Origin: a virus
Taxonomy: Duplodnaviria; Caudoviricetes
IMG/VR virus record: IMGVR_UViG_3300010355_000898
Span: 32,001 to 96,000 of that record
Length of the DNA stretch: 64,000 nucleotides
Strand: one strand, 5' to 3'
Positions 47,128-57,998 of this stretch are shown piece after piece (positions within the stretch are counted from its first letter, which is position 1; each line of letters opens with the position of its first letter). A program made the position numbers and the translations under genes. The notes beneath the pieces are model-generated. The model was given only the letters and a program-made list of their open reading frames with translations. It did no database searches and was not told the origin of the DNA.

Positions 47128-48811
47128 TACGTTAATCAACATGCTCAGGGAACAGTATCCTGAGCACAATTTTGAACGGTTTGTTGCGTCCACTCTGCCC
47201 GGTTGTGATGAGCACCATGCACTGTTGTACAGGATTGTTTTGGCAATTGAAAATTGTGGTGCAAGAACTGTTGAATTGTATACAAGTCCATCATGCAAAA
47301 AGGTTTAGTATGAATCCAGTCAAACAGATTGAACAATTCATCAAGATCCACATGTGGAAAATTGGTTATGATGAATACAGATTATTGCATGCATTGTTGG
47401 AGAAATTGAAGAGTGAACAGAAAATTGATGAAAGCAATGAAACATTTCACAGGTGATCAGAGATTGATTCATCTTGCTGAAATATTGAAACTTTGTGCAG
47501 AGCATGATTGCACCAGTGCAATCTTTATGCCAGATGAATTGTTGCAGACAGACATTGATTGGTTGATCAGCAATGGATATGATGTTGTTCATCATGTTGG
47601 AACAGTGTATTGTGGCGATCATTACATTGTGAGCCTGTGATGATTACGCCAACTGATCTTGAAAAGTTTAGAAGAATTTATGATGTACTTTGCAAGCACA
47701 ATCCCATGTTGTCTGCTAATGGACAACTTTTCACAAAAAATATTGTACGATTTCAAAATAGTTTGTACACATTCAGACCAAGACTGAAAATTTACAATAC
47801 TGGAACAATGGCATGCGCAGTGTGTGAAATGTATTGTCAACAGCAATCAACAGAAGAATTTTGGGGGTCATGGTATGATCAGAAGAAACTTATCGTATAG
47901 TTCACACAAAAATCTTTTGAGACTTGCAAAGTATTTGCATATGCGAAACGTTGACACAATGAGTTTTCGTCAATTGAGAGCGCTGTTGAAATGGTATTTT
48001 TCAAGAAGAGAGAAACGTGACAGGAATCTGATTGAGTGATGTTGAGTCAAAGAAATCATCAGAGATATTTGAACATGTTCAATATATTGGCCATGAGACA
48101 GGATGGTAACATATTGCAAAATGATTTCATACAAAATAGACTTGTATATTATGCAAATGGTAAAGAGCAGAGGGGATTGAGAATTGCCCTGATACGGAAT
48201 GGACATTGTCTCATTTCTGCGCCATTTGTGAAAGATTTGGGGACGCCATCACAAAAATATTGGTGGTGAACAATTCAATATTGTTTGATTACAATCAAAT
48301 GAAGAGAAATTGTATGTTGAACGTACCATTTGAAAAGGTTCACAAAGTATTCAAAATTTTAAGTGAACGTTATGATTGTGATTTTCCTGTTGATTGGGAA
48401 AGCAATCTTAGTGTAAATTGTGGTGACTATTATGACACAACAAATGTTGTTGAAAGAGTGATGAGGATTGGCATTTTGCAAAATGGTAAAGCGATAATCA
48501 TGTTTCCAAAGTCCACTGATAGTGAAGAACAGATCATATTTGAATATGATTACACAGCGGGATATTGACAGGAGAACAGTCTTGGTATGACAACAAAAGA
48601 TAAACATGATTATGAAATCACTTGGGAAAAATTGAACATTGTTGAAAAAATTGTTATGTCAACTGCAATTGTGTGGTTCCTGAGTGTAATGCCAATCATC
48701 ATTGTGATTGGTGTATTTGCACTGTTTCCAATGTTTTTGATTGCATGCGTGATTGTTCTATTCAGAAATCTTGCGAGTTTATTGCTGAATCAGTTCAACA
48801 AAGAACAATAA
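47066..48811 (+). other. Array of about 8 tiled small hypothetical ORFs
   Basis: ORFs ending at 47308, 47456, 47640, 47900, 48039, 48269, 48568, 48811, mostly overlapping or abutting. Confidence 0.5.
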
Positions 48812-48903
48812 AATCATGTGTGAATAGATTTGGTCATGCATTGTGAATATCACAACAATGTGTGATAAATTGTCTATATCAACTGATAAAAGGTATAGCA
48901 AAA

Positions 48904-49482
48904 ATGAAGACATCCAGAGTTCAAATTCTTATCAACATTTTTACACTGCTGATGATTGTTACCGGTGCACTGTATGTCAGTGCACTGAAGAGTGATCTGA
49001 AGAGTGCACAAATGAGAGCACAAATGATGGACAACAGGGTTGTGAATGCAAATGATAAGATTGCAGATGACACTGGATTGTGGGCACCTTACAGAGATTT
49101 CTCTGATGAAATGATGCAAGCAGGCGTTGCAAATATTGGTCTTGGGCAGATCATCATTGCAAGGCGCAATGTTTCAAGGGATGATGGTGAATTTGCAATC
49201 CAGGAATTGGATGCACTCAAACGTGAATTTGCTGATCATATTCGTGATTGCAAAAAGTTCAGAAATCTCAGATTCATCTGTGCAGATGAGATCGCAGACA
49301 AACGACTCAAGATTGAGAAGGTTAAGGTTCAGGGCATTTGGCAATACATTCTGTATGTGGATGCTCTCAACAGAGATCAGTCAAACTATTTGTGTGTCAT
49401 CATGAATGAACAGTATCATTGGGCAGAAGAGTGTGCCCAGAATGATGGGCAAATCAGGCTTCCAACACTCCTGGGTGAATAG
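48904..49482 (+). CDS. Membrane-anchored hypothetical protein
   Basis: N-terminal TM; promoter-like GTGAAT-17-TAAATT at 48843-48871. Confidence 0.6.
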   Translation: MKTSRVQILINIFTLLMIVTGALYVSALKSDLKSAQMRAQMMDNRVVNANDKIADDTGLWAPYRDFSDEMMQAGVANIGLGQIIIARRNVSRDDGEFAIQELDALKREFADHIRDCKKFRNLRFICADEIADKRLKIEKVKVQGIWQYILYVDALNRDQSNYLCVIMNEQYHWAEECAQNDGQIRLPTLLGE

Positions 49483-49483
49483 T

Positions 49484-50295
49484 ATGAATGGTGATGAGAT
49501 TGGTATTGTGATCACAAAAAGTGTACTCAATGACATATTTGATGTCAATATCACCACTCCCAAAGAGATCAAAGAGTTCAACATCAGTAAACATAGGGTG
49601 AATACATGATCATCAGGTATGATGGTGGTGTTCACAGATGCAAATTACACAGCGAATATCTGTTTTTCAAAGCGTTTGGCAACAATTTTCATGAATCTTT
49701 CAATTTCAACAGATGATATATCATTATTTGACAATCACAAGATGTGGTGCAGCTGAATTCACAGAGTTTGAAAGCCTATTCACAAGATTTGTGTTGAAAC
49801 AACGTGAACTCAATGAAAAACTCACAAAGTGGTCAACAAAATTCAGTTCCAGTTATCACAGTACTGTATTTGGCCCAATCTGGAAAATATAAACTCCGGA
49901 CCTATCAGGATAGGTCAGAATATTTGTTGTATCGGGCTAACATGACAATGTGGATGAGTTCACATTACACAATTGAGTTGAATTAGCATGCAATGTTTAC
50001 CAAAAGATGTGCACCTGATGATCATGTGTTCTGGTATGTGTAAACTCAATTGTGGAGTACTAAGACAACTGATCTGCGATAGAGAACATATACGTGCGTA
50101 CATTGCAAGATTGCACAAACTGTTGGGACACACATGAATACATTGTACATTTTTGCAAAGGGTGATGTTGCAACACAATCACCACATGGAATTGTTCTTG
50201 AAAGATGTCTTGTGAAGAAAATCTTGGAACGATACAACAATGCAAGAATGATTGCAGAACACATAGATTGGAATAGCATCACATGGCAAATATAG
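49484..50295 (+). other. Cluster of very small tiled ORFs (including 49988..50137 and 50134..50295, absent from the ORF track)
   Basis: Manually translated; ATGA coupling; shared h-x-h-x-x-x-G motif. Confidence 0.4.
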
Positions 50296-51323
50296 CAGTT
50301 CTCACATCAGGTGGCGTTGACAGTGCAGTTGCACTCAAATTGTTGAAAGACCAAGGTCACAATGTGACAGCACACTACATCAAGATTTGGCTTGAGGATG
50401 AATTCAGTTCATTGGGAAATTGTCCTTGGCAGGATGATCTTGACGTTGTCAGAAAGGTCGCTGACAGTGTTGGTTGTGAAGTCAAGGTGACATCACTTCA
50501 ACAGGAATATTGGGATAGGGTTGTCAGCAATATGCTCAGGGATGTTAAGTTGGGAATGACACCAAATCCTGATGCTCTGTGTAATCGTGATGTCAAGTTT
50601 GGTGCATTCATGGATGCAATCGGTAGTCAATGTGATTTCATTGCATCAGGACACTATGCAGATAAGCATATGGGATATTTGCGTATGAATCCTGATCCTG
50701 TGAAAGATCAGACACTGTTCCTGAGCAGATTGCGCCAAGAGCAATTGGATAGGATTGTGTTCCCAATTGGACAGTTGCATAAGCATCAGGTCAGAGATTT
50801 GGCAGTGAAAATGGGTCTCCCAAACAGTGCCCGGGCAGACAGTCAAGGAATCTGTTTTCTTGGAAAGATCAGCTACAATCAGTTCATTCAGCAAAATCTT
50901 GGAATACGTACCGGAGATGTTGTCAACTGTGACACCGGTGAGATCATTGGTACACACCAAGGATATTGGTTCCACACGATTGGACAACGCAGAGGTCTGA
51001 ACCTCCCAGGAGGGCCCTGGTTTATTCAGAGAAAAGATTGCATTGGCAACACCATCTTTGTGAAGAGAGGACATCCTGAGCCAATTCTGCACTTCAGGAT
51101 CACTGATTTGGTTGAGTATACAGATCCTGAGGATGAACTCTTTGTAAGAATTCGTCATGGGGGAAAACTGATCAGGGTTGTGAACAGACATGAGCACAAT
51201 TGTGCAGTTGATATCACAATTGTTGAGGGAGATCCGGGAATTGCTCCCGGGCAAACTGTTGCATTCTATGGTATGCACAAGGGTGCAATGATCTGCACAG
51301 GAAGTGGTATAGTGTCACCATGA
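50283..51323 (+). CDS. mnmA: tRNA 2-thiouridylase MnmA
   Basis: SGGVDS PP-loop, TPNPDALCNRDVKFG, SGHYA, KDQT, DSQGICFLG, TIGQRRG, IAPGQ. Confidence 0.95.
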   Translation: MANIAVLTSGGVDSAVALKLLKDQGHNVTAHYIKIWLEDEFSSLGNCPWQDDLDVVRKVADSVGCEVKVTSLQQEYWDRVVSNMLRDVKLGMTPNPDALCNRDVKFGAFMDAIGSQCDFIASGHYADKHMGYLRMNPDPVKDQTLFLSRLRQEQLDRIVFPIGQLHKHQVRDLAVKMGLPNSARADSQGICFLGKISYNQFIQQNLGIRTGDVVNCDTGEIIGTHQGYWFHTIGQRRGLNLPGGPWFIQRKDCIGNTIFVKRGHPEPILHFRITDLVEYTDPEDELFVRIRHGGKLIRVVNRHEHNCAVDITIVEGDPGIAPGQTVAFYGMHKGAMICTGSGIVSP

Positions 51324-51496
51324 AAAATGTAACAAAGTTCTCGAATTGTCAAAGTGTATTGTTGCAATAAAACTTGCGATTGTTTATCTTGCATTCAGGG
51401 CAATCATATGGACTATTGGAATTGCAATTGATGAAAAACTTATTGACAAGAGTGAATGGACCTCATGGAAAAGATATTTTGGGAAGAGAACAGAAA

Positions 51497-52759
51497 ATGA
51501 TGAATGACTATTCAAAAATGTTGATCAACGTTGATGGTGACACAAACGTTGTTGTGGGTGCAAAATTCCCAATCAGGGAATGGACTGTTGGCGTTCAGGT
51601 TGAGGATGGTGCAAGAAAGCAACTGTTCAATCTGGCAAATTTGCCATTCATTCATAATCACATTGCTGTCATGCCAGATGTCCATGCTGGAATTGGCGCA
51701 ACAGTTGGGTCTGTCATTCCAACTGATGGTGCAATCATACCTGCTGCGGTTGGCGTTGACATATCATGTGGAATGAATGCAGTCAGGACTTCTCTCAAAA
51801 GGAGTGATTTGCCAAAATCATTGGTGGAAATGCGTATGCTGATTGAACGAGCAATTCCTCATGGAAGAACTGATGATGGTGGTGAACGTGATAAGGGTTC
51901 TTGGGGAAATCCTCCTGATGATGTAAAGATTGCATGGATGGGACTCGAACCTGGATACAAGAGGCTTGTTGAGAAGAGACACAATCTTTCAACAAAGAGA
52001 TCGCCAGTGAATCAACTTGCGACACTTGGGACTGGGAATCACTTCTGTGAATGCACAGTTGATGAAGATGACAATGTGTGGTTCATTTTGCATTCAGGTT
52101 CAAGAGGCATTGGTGCAAGAATTGGTATGCAATTCATTGAGCTTGCAAAGCAGGAAATGAAACGTTGGTTCATCATGGACAATCTTCCTGATGCAAATTT
52201 GTCATTCATTCCAGAGGGCACTGAACTGTTTGATGACTACATTGAGGCTGTCATGTGGTGTCAACAGTATGCAAAAGTGAGCAGAGAACTCATGATGAAA
52301 CATGCAATTGATGTCTTGAAGGGAATGAAAGGAATTCCACATTTTGATTGTGATGATCAGATCAGTTGCAATCACAATTATGTTCAGAAAGAGAACCATT
52401 TTGGCAGGAACATTTGGGTAACACGGAAGGGTGCAATCAGTGCAAAGAAAGGTCAATTGGGCATCATTCCTGGATCAATGGGAGCAAAGAGCTTCATTGT
52501 CAGAGGATTGGGAAATGTTGACAGCTTCACAAGTGCTTCTCATGGAGCAGGCAGATTGATGTCAAGAACAGAAGCAAAGAATACGTTCTCTGTTGAGCAA
52601 CACAGGATTGCAACTGAAGGTGTTGAATGCAAAAAGGACGCAAGTGTGATTGACGAAACGCCAGGAGCATACAAAGACATTGATTGTGTTATGCATGCTC
52701 AACGCAATTTGGTTGAACCCATCACAACGTTGAAACAGATCATGTGTATAAAGGGATGA
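51497..52759 (+). CDS. rtcB: RtcB RNA ligase
   Basis: MPDVHAG, VGVDISCG, LGTGNHF, HSGSRG, CNHNY, RKGA, PGSMG, SHGAGR, DETPGAYK. Confidence 0.96.
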   Translation: MMNDYSKMLINVDGDTNVVVGAKFPIREWTVGVQVEDGARKQLFNLANLPFIHNHIAVMPDVHAGIGATVGSVIPTDGAIIPAAVGVDISCGMNAVRTSLKRSDLPKSLVEMRMLIERAIPHGRTDDGGERDKGSWGNPPDDVKIAWMGLEPGYKRLVEKRHNLSTKRSPVNQLATLGTGNHFCECTVDEDDNVWFILHSGSRGIGARIGMQFIELAKQEMKRWFIMDNLPDANLSFIPEGTELFDDYIEAVMWCQQYAKVSRELMMKHAIDVLKGMKGIPHFDCDDQISCNHNYVQKENHFGRNIWVTRKGAISAKKGQLGIIPGSMGAKSFIVRGLGNVDSFTSASHGAGRLMSRTEAKNTFSVEQHRIATEGVECKKDASVIDETPGAYKDIDCVMHAQRNLVEPITTLKQIMCIKG

Positions 52760-52763
52760 ACAT

Positions 52764-52988
52764 ATGTTTATTGAAGTTAGACGTTCAGGACAAACTATGA
52801 TTGGATCTGAAAAAATTCGTGCTTGGGGAGGTTTCCTGTATCAGGCTGTGTTCAACACCAATCACACAAACATGATGTGGGACAGAAACATTAGTGAATA
52901 CTACCATTGGCATGGTTCTGTACATGAACTATTTGAGAATGCAAAATGTATATTGAACAGAGCAGAAAAGGAATATGATCATGACTGA
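52764..52988 (+). CDS. Small hypothetical protein
   Basis: IEVRRSG motif. Confidence 0.5.
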   Translation: MFIEVRRSGQTMIGSEKIRAWGGFLYQAVFNTNHTNMMWDRNISEYYHWHGSVHELFENAKCILNRAEKEYDHD

Positions 52989-53601
52989 AAATTGTATTGA
53001 AATGTTCATTGGTGAAACCATTGCTGAAATGATCAAACATGGTGTCATGGTGTCATTGATACCAGAAAAGTCAATCACAGATGAGAATGATGGTCAAACA
53101 TGCGCCGGTTGGTTTGATTTTGAGAAAAGAGAATTTCATTGTGCAACCGGGAGAGAAGATTGGCTTGAAATCTATGCACATGAATATTGTCATTTCACTC
53201 AGTGGAAGGATGACTACTTTGGCGATGGTGGTGAATCTGGGTTGATGTGGGAATGGTTGGCTGGTGAGGAATACAATGATGAAGAAGTGCGTGATGCAAT
53301 CAGGACTTCACAATTGTGTGAATGGGATAATGAAAAGCGCACCATTGAACTCATCAAAAAATTCAATTTGCCAATTCCCATTGAACTCTATACAAAGAAA
53401 TCAAATGCATACATCATGTTTTACAGTCTTGTGCAAAGGCACAGAAAGTGGTCAAAACCTGGGTATGCAACGTATCAGAACGCAAAGATCATTGCAAAGA
53501 TTGCCGGTGACCGCATTTTTTCAGATACAGAAATTTTGCAACCACCTGATTGGTTTATCAAGATTGCTGATGAGGAATGTTTTCAACATGAAAAAGAGTG
53601 A
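52981..53601 (+). CDS. Putative zinc metallopeptidase (HExxH)
   Basis: AGWF, YAHEYCHFTQW, downstream CEWD. Confidence 0.6.
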   Translation: MTENCIEMFIGETIAEMIKHGVMVSLIPEKSITDENDGQTCAGWFDFEKREFHCATGREDWLEIYAHEYCHFTQWKDDYFGDGGESGLMWEWLAGEEYNDEEVRDAIRTSQLCEWDNEKRTIELIKKFNLPIPIELYTKKSNAYIMFYSLVQRHRKWSKPGYATYQNAKIIAKIAGDRIFSDTEILQPPDWFIKIADEECFQHEKE

Positions 53602-55210
53602 ACTTGCTGAACACTTGATTGATGAATTCAGACGGACAATTGCACATGCAGATTGGATTGCAGCAGGAAGAAAGGGAATGCATGTGCCATTTCATGGAGA
53701 TTTTGCGTCATGTGTAGGTTTACCATCAGTGATATTCATGATGCGTTGGTGGGTAAAAGCTTATGAAGAAGCAGAAGAGTGATCTGATCAACAATTTGAA
53801 TATTTTTGCAACAGGTGTAGCGTCATTTGTATGTTCTTCTTTTGTTGCGCCAAACAGAATTCTTGTTGATGGGACGGGAATTAGGGTTTGGAAATATGAT
53901 GACATCATGAAATCATCGATGTGGAAACATGTTCACAATTGTTTAACAATTGGTGATGTTTTGAATTCATACAAAAAGTTTGGCAATTTTGATCACATTT
54001 TGTGTGTTCAATCTGCTTATGAAATTGATGAGGTATTCAAATATGCTTAAACAATTGGGAATTAATACTATAACTCTGTACAACAGTGGTGCATTCATCT
54101 GTTCACAACGTGGAATTGAAAGCCCAAACAGAATATCAAATTGTCCAGGTTTGTTTGGGCTTTCAATTGGGATTAAATCTTATTCAAAAGAGATCAAAAA
54201 CACATACATTGTATGGGATAATTTTGCAAAACGTTGGGAAAGATTTGAAGTGAATAATCTTTCACAAGCTTGTGCAGAATACAGAACATTGAACAATTTA
54301 TGACCAAATGCTATATGAAGATGTTCAGATCTGGTTGTTGGGATCTCTACACTATAGAACGTGGTGTTGTGAATAACAAAATTTTTGCAAGTTGTGATGA
54401 TATACGAATTTTTGTTGATGGGCACATCATGCAATTTGCTGATCTGTTGTCAATTGATAGCATTCAACGTCGTTTTGTGAACAATTGGTTCATAGTCCCA
54501 CACATGACCCAACTGCAAATATTGAAATTATACATAGAATTGTTGAACAGATGAAAACAGATTTCAAATTCTTCATACACCAAGATGGCGATTTCAGTTT
54601 TAGGGTCAATAACGTTCATACTCTATTCCCTTACAAAATTGTGAGAAGTTATAGATTGGGTTGGAAATACAAAATTTGGAGCTCTGAAGAACTTGATTGG
54701 GTTGACACAAATCAGAACATCAGTCAACTGATTGGGGATGTTATCAATGAGCAAATTTGAACACATGTCATTGTTGATCCATGATTGTGGTGATGTGTAT
54801 TTGATTGACAACAAGTGTGAAAAAATGTATTTTCACAAAAATTTTAGCGCAATTTGGTATGAACCTTGGGATCTACAATGGCAAATGGTGAATGATCAAT
54901 TCATTATGCAATCATCCAAAGTTGTTGGGTGGAATACACTTAAACTTGAACCCAAAATTGCGCTCAGGATGTACAAATTGGGAACATTGCAATGTGCATT
55001 GCCAGAAAAATTGTGATTGCTCTTGATGGTGCATACTATCTGGGATATGTAAATGGTGTTTCCATTCTTCATCATTGGCATTATTGTGGTGAATGGATAA
55101 CAACTGGTTGGAAGCTGAATGGATGTGATATCTTAACTGATGTAGAAATCATCAAGAGGATTGAATTGTGGCACAAAGGCACGTACAAGAACTATATTGA
55201 TGAAGAATAG
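53588..55210 (+). other. Tandem array of about 7 small (65-95 aa) overlapping ORFs
   Basis: Starts near 53588, 53763, 54043, 54300, 54551, 54747, 54992; aromatic-rich; shared N-terminal motif. Confidence 0.55.
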
Positions 55211-55219
55211 TTACAAAAT

Positions 55220-56023
55220 ATGAATTCATCAAAAAATAATATATTGAATGAAATTGATATTGGTGACGTTAATGATATTGAGTGCACTGCAGGTTCAACA
55301 CATTTGATGAATACATGCAGAATTGGTGGTAATGAATACTATCTGAAATTCAGTGACGAAGAAATGTTCAGTGACGTTGACATCAATCCATCACTCCAAA
55401 TTCTTGTTGAATATCTTGCGTACAAAATTTATGCACTGTACAGGGGCATAAATGTTCCCAACATTGATCTTGTGTATGATGGAAAGAACTTGAGAGTTGG
55501 CATTGCAACAAGCGCAATCCGTGGGAAGAGTGCGCTGAAAACATTGAAGCACAATGACATTGCAATGAAAATGTCAAATGGGGTCTATGTTGATGTTCTA
55601 TTGGCAAATTGGGATGTGATTGGCACCGGTTCAGGAAATGTGATATCAACTGGAAAAGATGCATACAGAATTGATCCTGGTGGAGCTCTCACATTCAGAG
55701 CAGAGGGTGGAAGAAAAGGCAAAAGATTCAGCAAAGAACCAACAGAATTGAATACAATGTTTGATCCGGATTTCAGCGATACAGGCGCAGGCACAATTTA
55801 TCAGTATGCTGATCTCAAACGTGCTGCAAAAGAATTCATGAGTGTTCCTTGGGATATGATTGAGAATACAATCAACAGTGTTGACAAGAATGTTACACAA
55901 GAATTGACAAATTACAGCATGAAATCACTCTTGAAAGATTGGAAACATGATGTGATTGAAATCAAAGACAAATTAAAATCACGTTGGAACGCAATAAGAG
56001 AGCACATTGCTGAAACATTGTGA
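55220..56023 (+). CDS. HipA/PI3K-like kinase-fold protein
   Basis: GST loop, YYLKF, EYLAYKIY, ANWDVIG..SGN, RIDPGG; ATAGTTA at 55207. Confidence 0.6.
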   Translation: MNSSKNNILNEIDIGDVNDIECTAGSTHLMNTCRIGGNEYYLKFSDEEMFSDVDINPSLQILVEYLAYKIYALYRGINVPNIDLVYDGKNLRVGIATSAIRGKSALKTLKHNDIAMKMSNGVYVDVLLANWDVIGTGSGNVISTGKDAYRIDPGGALTFRAEGGRKGKRFSKEPTELNTMFDPDFSDTGAGTIYQYADLKRAAKEFMSVPWDMIENTINSVDKNVTQELTNYSMKSLLKDWKHDVIEIKDKLKSRWNAIREHIAETL

Positions 56024-56048
56024 AAAGTCATTGTGATTGTGTTAAATT
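56020..56048 (+). promoter_or_regulatory. Putative sigma70-like promoter
   Basis: GTGAAA-17nt-TAAATT, ATG 9 nt downstream. Confidence 0.55.
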
Positions 56049-56057
56049 CAGAACAGA

Positions 56058-56879
56058 ATGAAACAAAAAATTCTCATCCTTGATGGGCACAATCTCCTTC
56101 ACAGAAGTCGTTCTGGTTTTCAGAGGGGCGAATATTCTGTTGTGTACAATTTTTTTAGACAGTTCAGATCACTTGTTGAGCAACACAGACCAGACACAAT
56201 TTGGTTTGTGCTTGAGGGAACCCCGAAAGCAAGGGAAGCACTCCTGCCTGAATACAAGGCAAACAGAATTGTCAAGGAGGGCACCAAGGAACATCAGGCA
56301 CTGCAGGATTTCTTCAGGCAGGTGGGCATTATTGTTCCACTCCTGAAATCTGCATTTCCTGTGAGTGTCATCAGGCACCCGGATTATGAGTGTGATGATA
56401 TCATCAGTGAATTGGTTCGCAGAAATTGTGAAGATGATTGCACAGTTGTCAGCAATGACAGTGATTTTACACAATTGCTTGATGACTATGAACATGTCAA
56501 AATTTGGAATCCAATGAAAAAATGTTGGGTTGAACAGTTTGAATGCAATTATGTCACATGGAAATCATTGAGAGGAGATCAGTGTGATAATGTTCCGGGA
56601 ATTCCTGGGATTGGTGACAAGAGAGCATTGACAATTGCATCTGATCCCCATCTTTTGAGAGATTTTTTGTCAGATGAACTCATTGCTGAGCAGTTTGCAA
56701 AGAACGTTGATCTCATCAAGTTTGAAACTTTGTCTGATGTGCAATGGGAACAGTGTGAAATCAGTGTTGGTGAATGCTGTATGGATACTGTGAAGCATGA
56801 ATTCAACATGATGGGTTTCAAATCAATCACTGAAAAAGGTTGGGAAAAGTTCAGTTCAACATTTGAGAGGATTGTATAA
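56058..56879 (+). CDS. Second 5'-3' exonuclease / flap endonuclease
   Basis: ILDGHNLLHR, EYKANR, ECDDII, SNDSDFTQL, GDQCDNVPGIPGIG. Confidence 0.93.
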   Translation: MKQKILILDGHNLLHRSRSGFQRGEYSVVYNFFRQFRSLVEQHRPDTIWFVLEGTPKAREALLPEYKANRIVKEGTKEHQALQDFFRQVGIIVPLLKSAFPVSVIRHPDYECDDIISELVRRNCEDDCTVVSNDSDFTQLLDDYEHVKIWNPMKKCWVEQFECNYVTWKSLRGDQCDNVPGIPGIGDKRALTIASDPHLLRDFLSDELIAEQFAKNVDLIKFETLSDVQWEQCEISVGECCMDTVKHEFNMMGFKSITEKGWEKFSSTFERIV

Positions 56880-56882
56880 TCA

Positions 56883-57824
56883 ATGTCAAAAATTGGGATC
56901 ACACAGGTTGGAAAAATTCTTCCAAAAATTGGTTACATCTATCAAGGTTCTGACAGAACAGTGACATCAGCAATGACAGGTGGCAAAGTTGAATGCATTG
57001 ACACAATTGTGTTCAACCCACACTCTTCTCAAAAGAGGTTGAAAAAGAAATTGGACATGATGAAACATTCATACAGAGGAAAATGGGGTGTCATCTTCTC
57101 CAAAATTGAGGACAACACGCCATTCAGGGTGAGAATTCTGAACATTGTTGCAAATGATACATCTGGCACTCGGTACATCAAGGTCATCAATGACAGGGGT
57201 TATCATTTGGAATTGCGTGAAGATCAACTTCTTGAAGCAATGAAATTGGGAAAAATTGATGTTGGTGGACACATTGAAACATGTTTCATCTGGTGCACAA
57301 GTGGTAATGAAACAAAGATGTGTGCTGTTGGTGGTGAATTGTACAATAAGTGCGTTGAGGAGGAAGAATTGAACAGAGCACGTGTTCTCATTGAACGCAG
57401 TGCAATCACACCAGGTTGTGTTCTCAAATACACTTCTCACAAGAATGGTTATACGCATCTGTTCATTGGCACAGCAAAATGGCATGACAAGAATGATATT
57501 GAAACAGTTGCTGATGTATTCATCACAAATTATGAACATGTTGAGAGTAATATGCAAAAGGGTACAAAACCAGAGGAACTCTATTACGGTTATGATGTTG
57601 TGTTGAAAAACAAAACTTTCAAAAAGTTTGACACAATTTTGGAAATTGTTGATGCAGAAAAACTTGAACAGTACAGAAAATTTGGGTTTAAACATCCAAA
57701 TTACCACAACAAATTGTATGAAGTGTGCAAAAAGCTCAGGATCCCGAGTTGGGATGCATTGCAACATAAACCAGCTCGTGCAATTGTTGACGCAGACCCA
57801 CAATTGAAAGTTGAATGGATATGA
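56883..57824 (+). CDS. Hypothetical protein
   Basis: 313-aa tiled ORF. Confidence 0.65.
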   Translation: MSKIGITQVGKILPKIGYIYQGSDRTVTSAMTGGKVECIDTIVFNPHSSQKRLKKKLDMMKHSYRGKWGVIFSKIEDNTPFRVRILNIVANDTSGTRYIKVINDRGYHLELREDQLLEAMKLGKIDVGGHIETCFIWCTSGNETKMCAVGGELYNKCVEEEELNRARVLIERSAITPGCVLKYTSHKNGYTHLFIGTAKWHDKNDIETVADVFITNYEHVESNMQKGTKPEELYYGYDVVLKNKTFKKFDTILEIVDAEKLEQYRKFGFKHPNYHNKLYEVCKKLRIPSWDALQHKPARAIVDADPQLKVEWI

Positions 57825-57997
57825 TCAGAAATGTTGTGTATGGCGTGTTTCTTGGCATTGTGTTCTTTGTGATGCTCAACACTGTGAAATCTGCTCAGGC
57901 AGATGAAGGTTTGGGTGCCCCAGGAATTGAACATCAGTTGACAAGAATAGCAAATGAATTGGAAAAATTGAACAGCACAATGCAAAGGTGCAAATAG
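57815..57997 (+). CDS. Small exported/membrane protein
   Basis: Signal-like hydrophobic N-terminus ending AQA. Confidence 0.5.
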   Translation: MDMIRNVVYGVFLGIVFFVMLNTVKSAQADEGLGAPGIEHQLTRIANELEKLNSTMQRCK

Positions 57998-57998
57998 C

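Noticed and set aside
51374-51496. N-terminal extension of RtcB
   Set aside because: TTG start with no RtcB similarity; more likely a remnant small ORF in frame. ATG at 51497 preferred.
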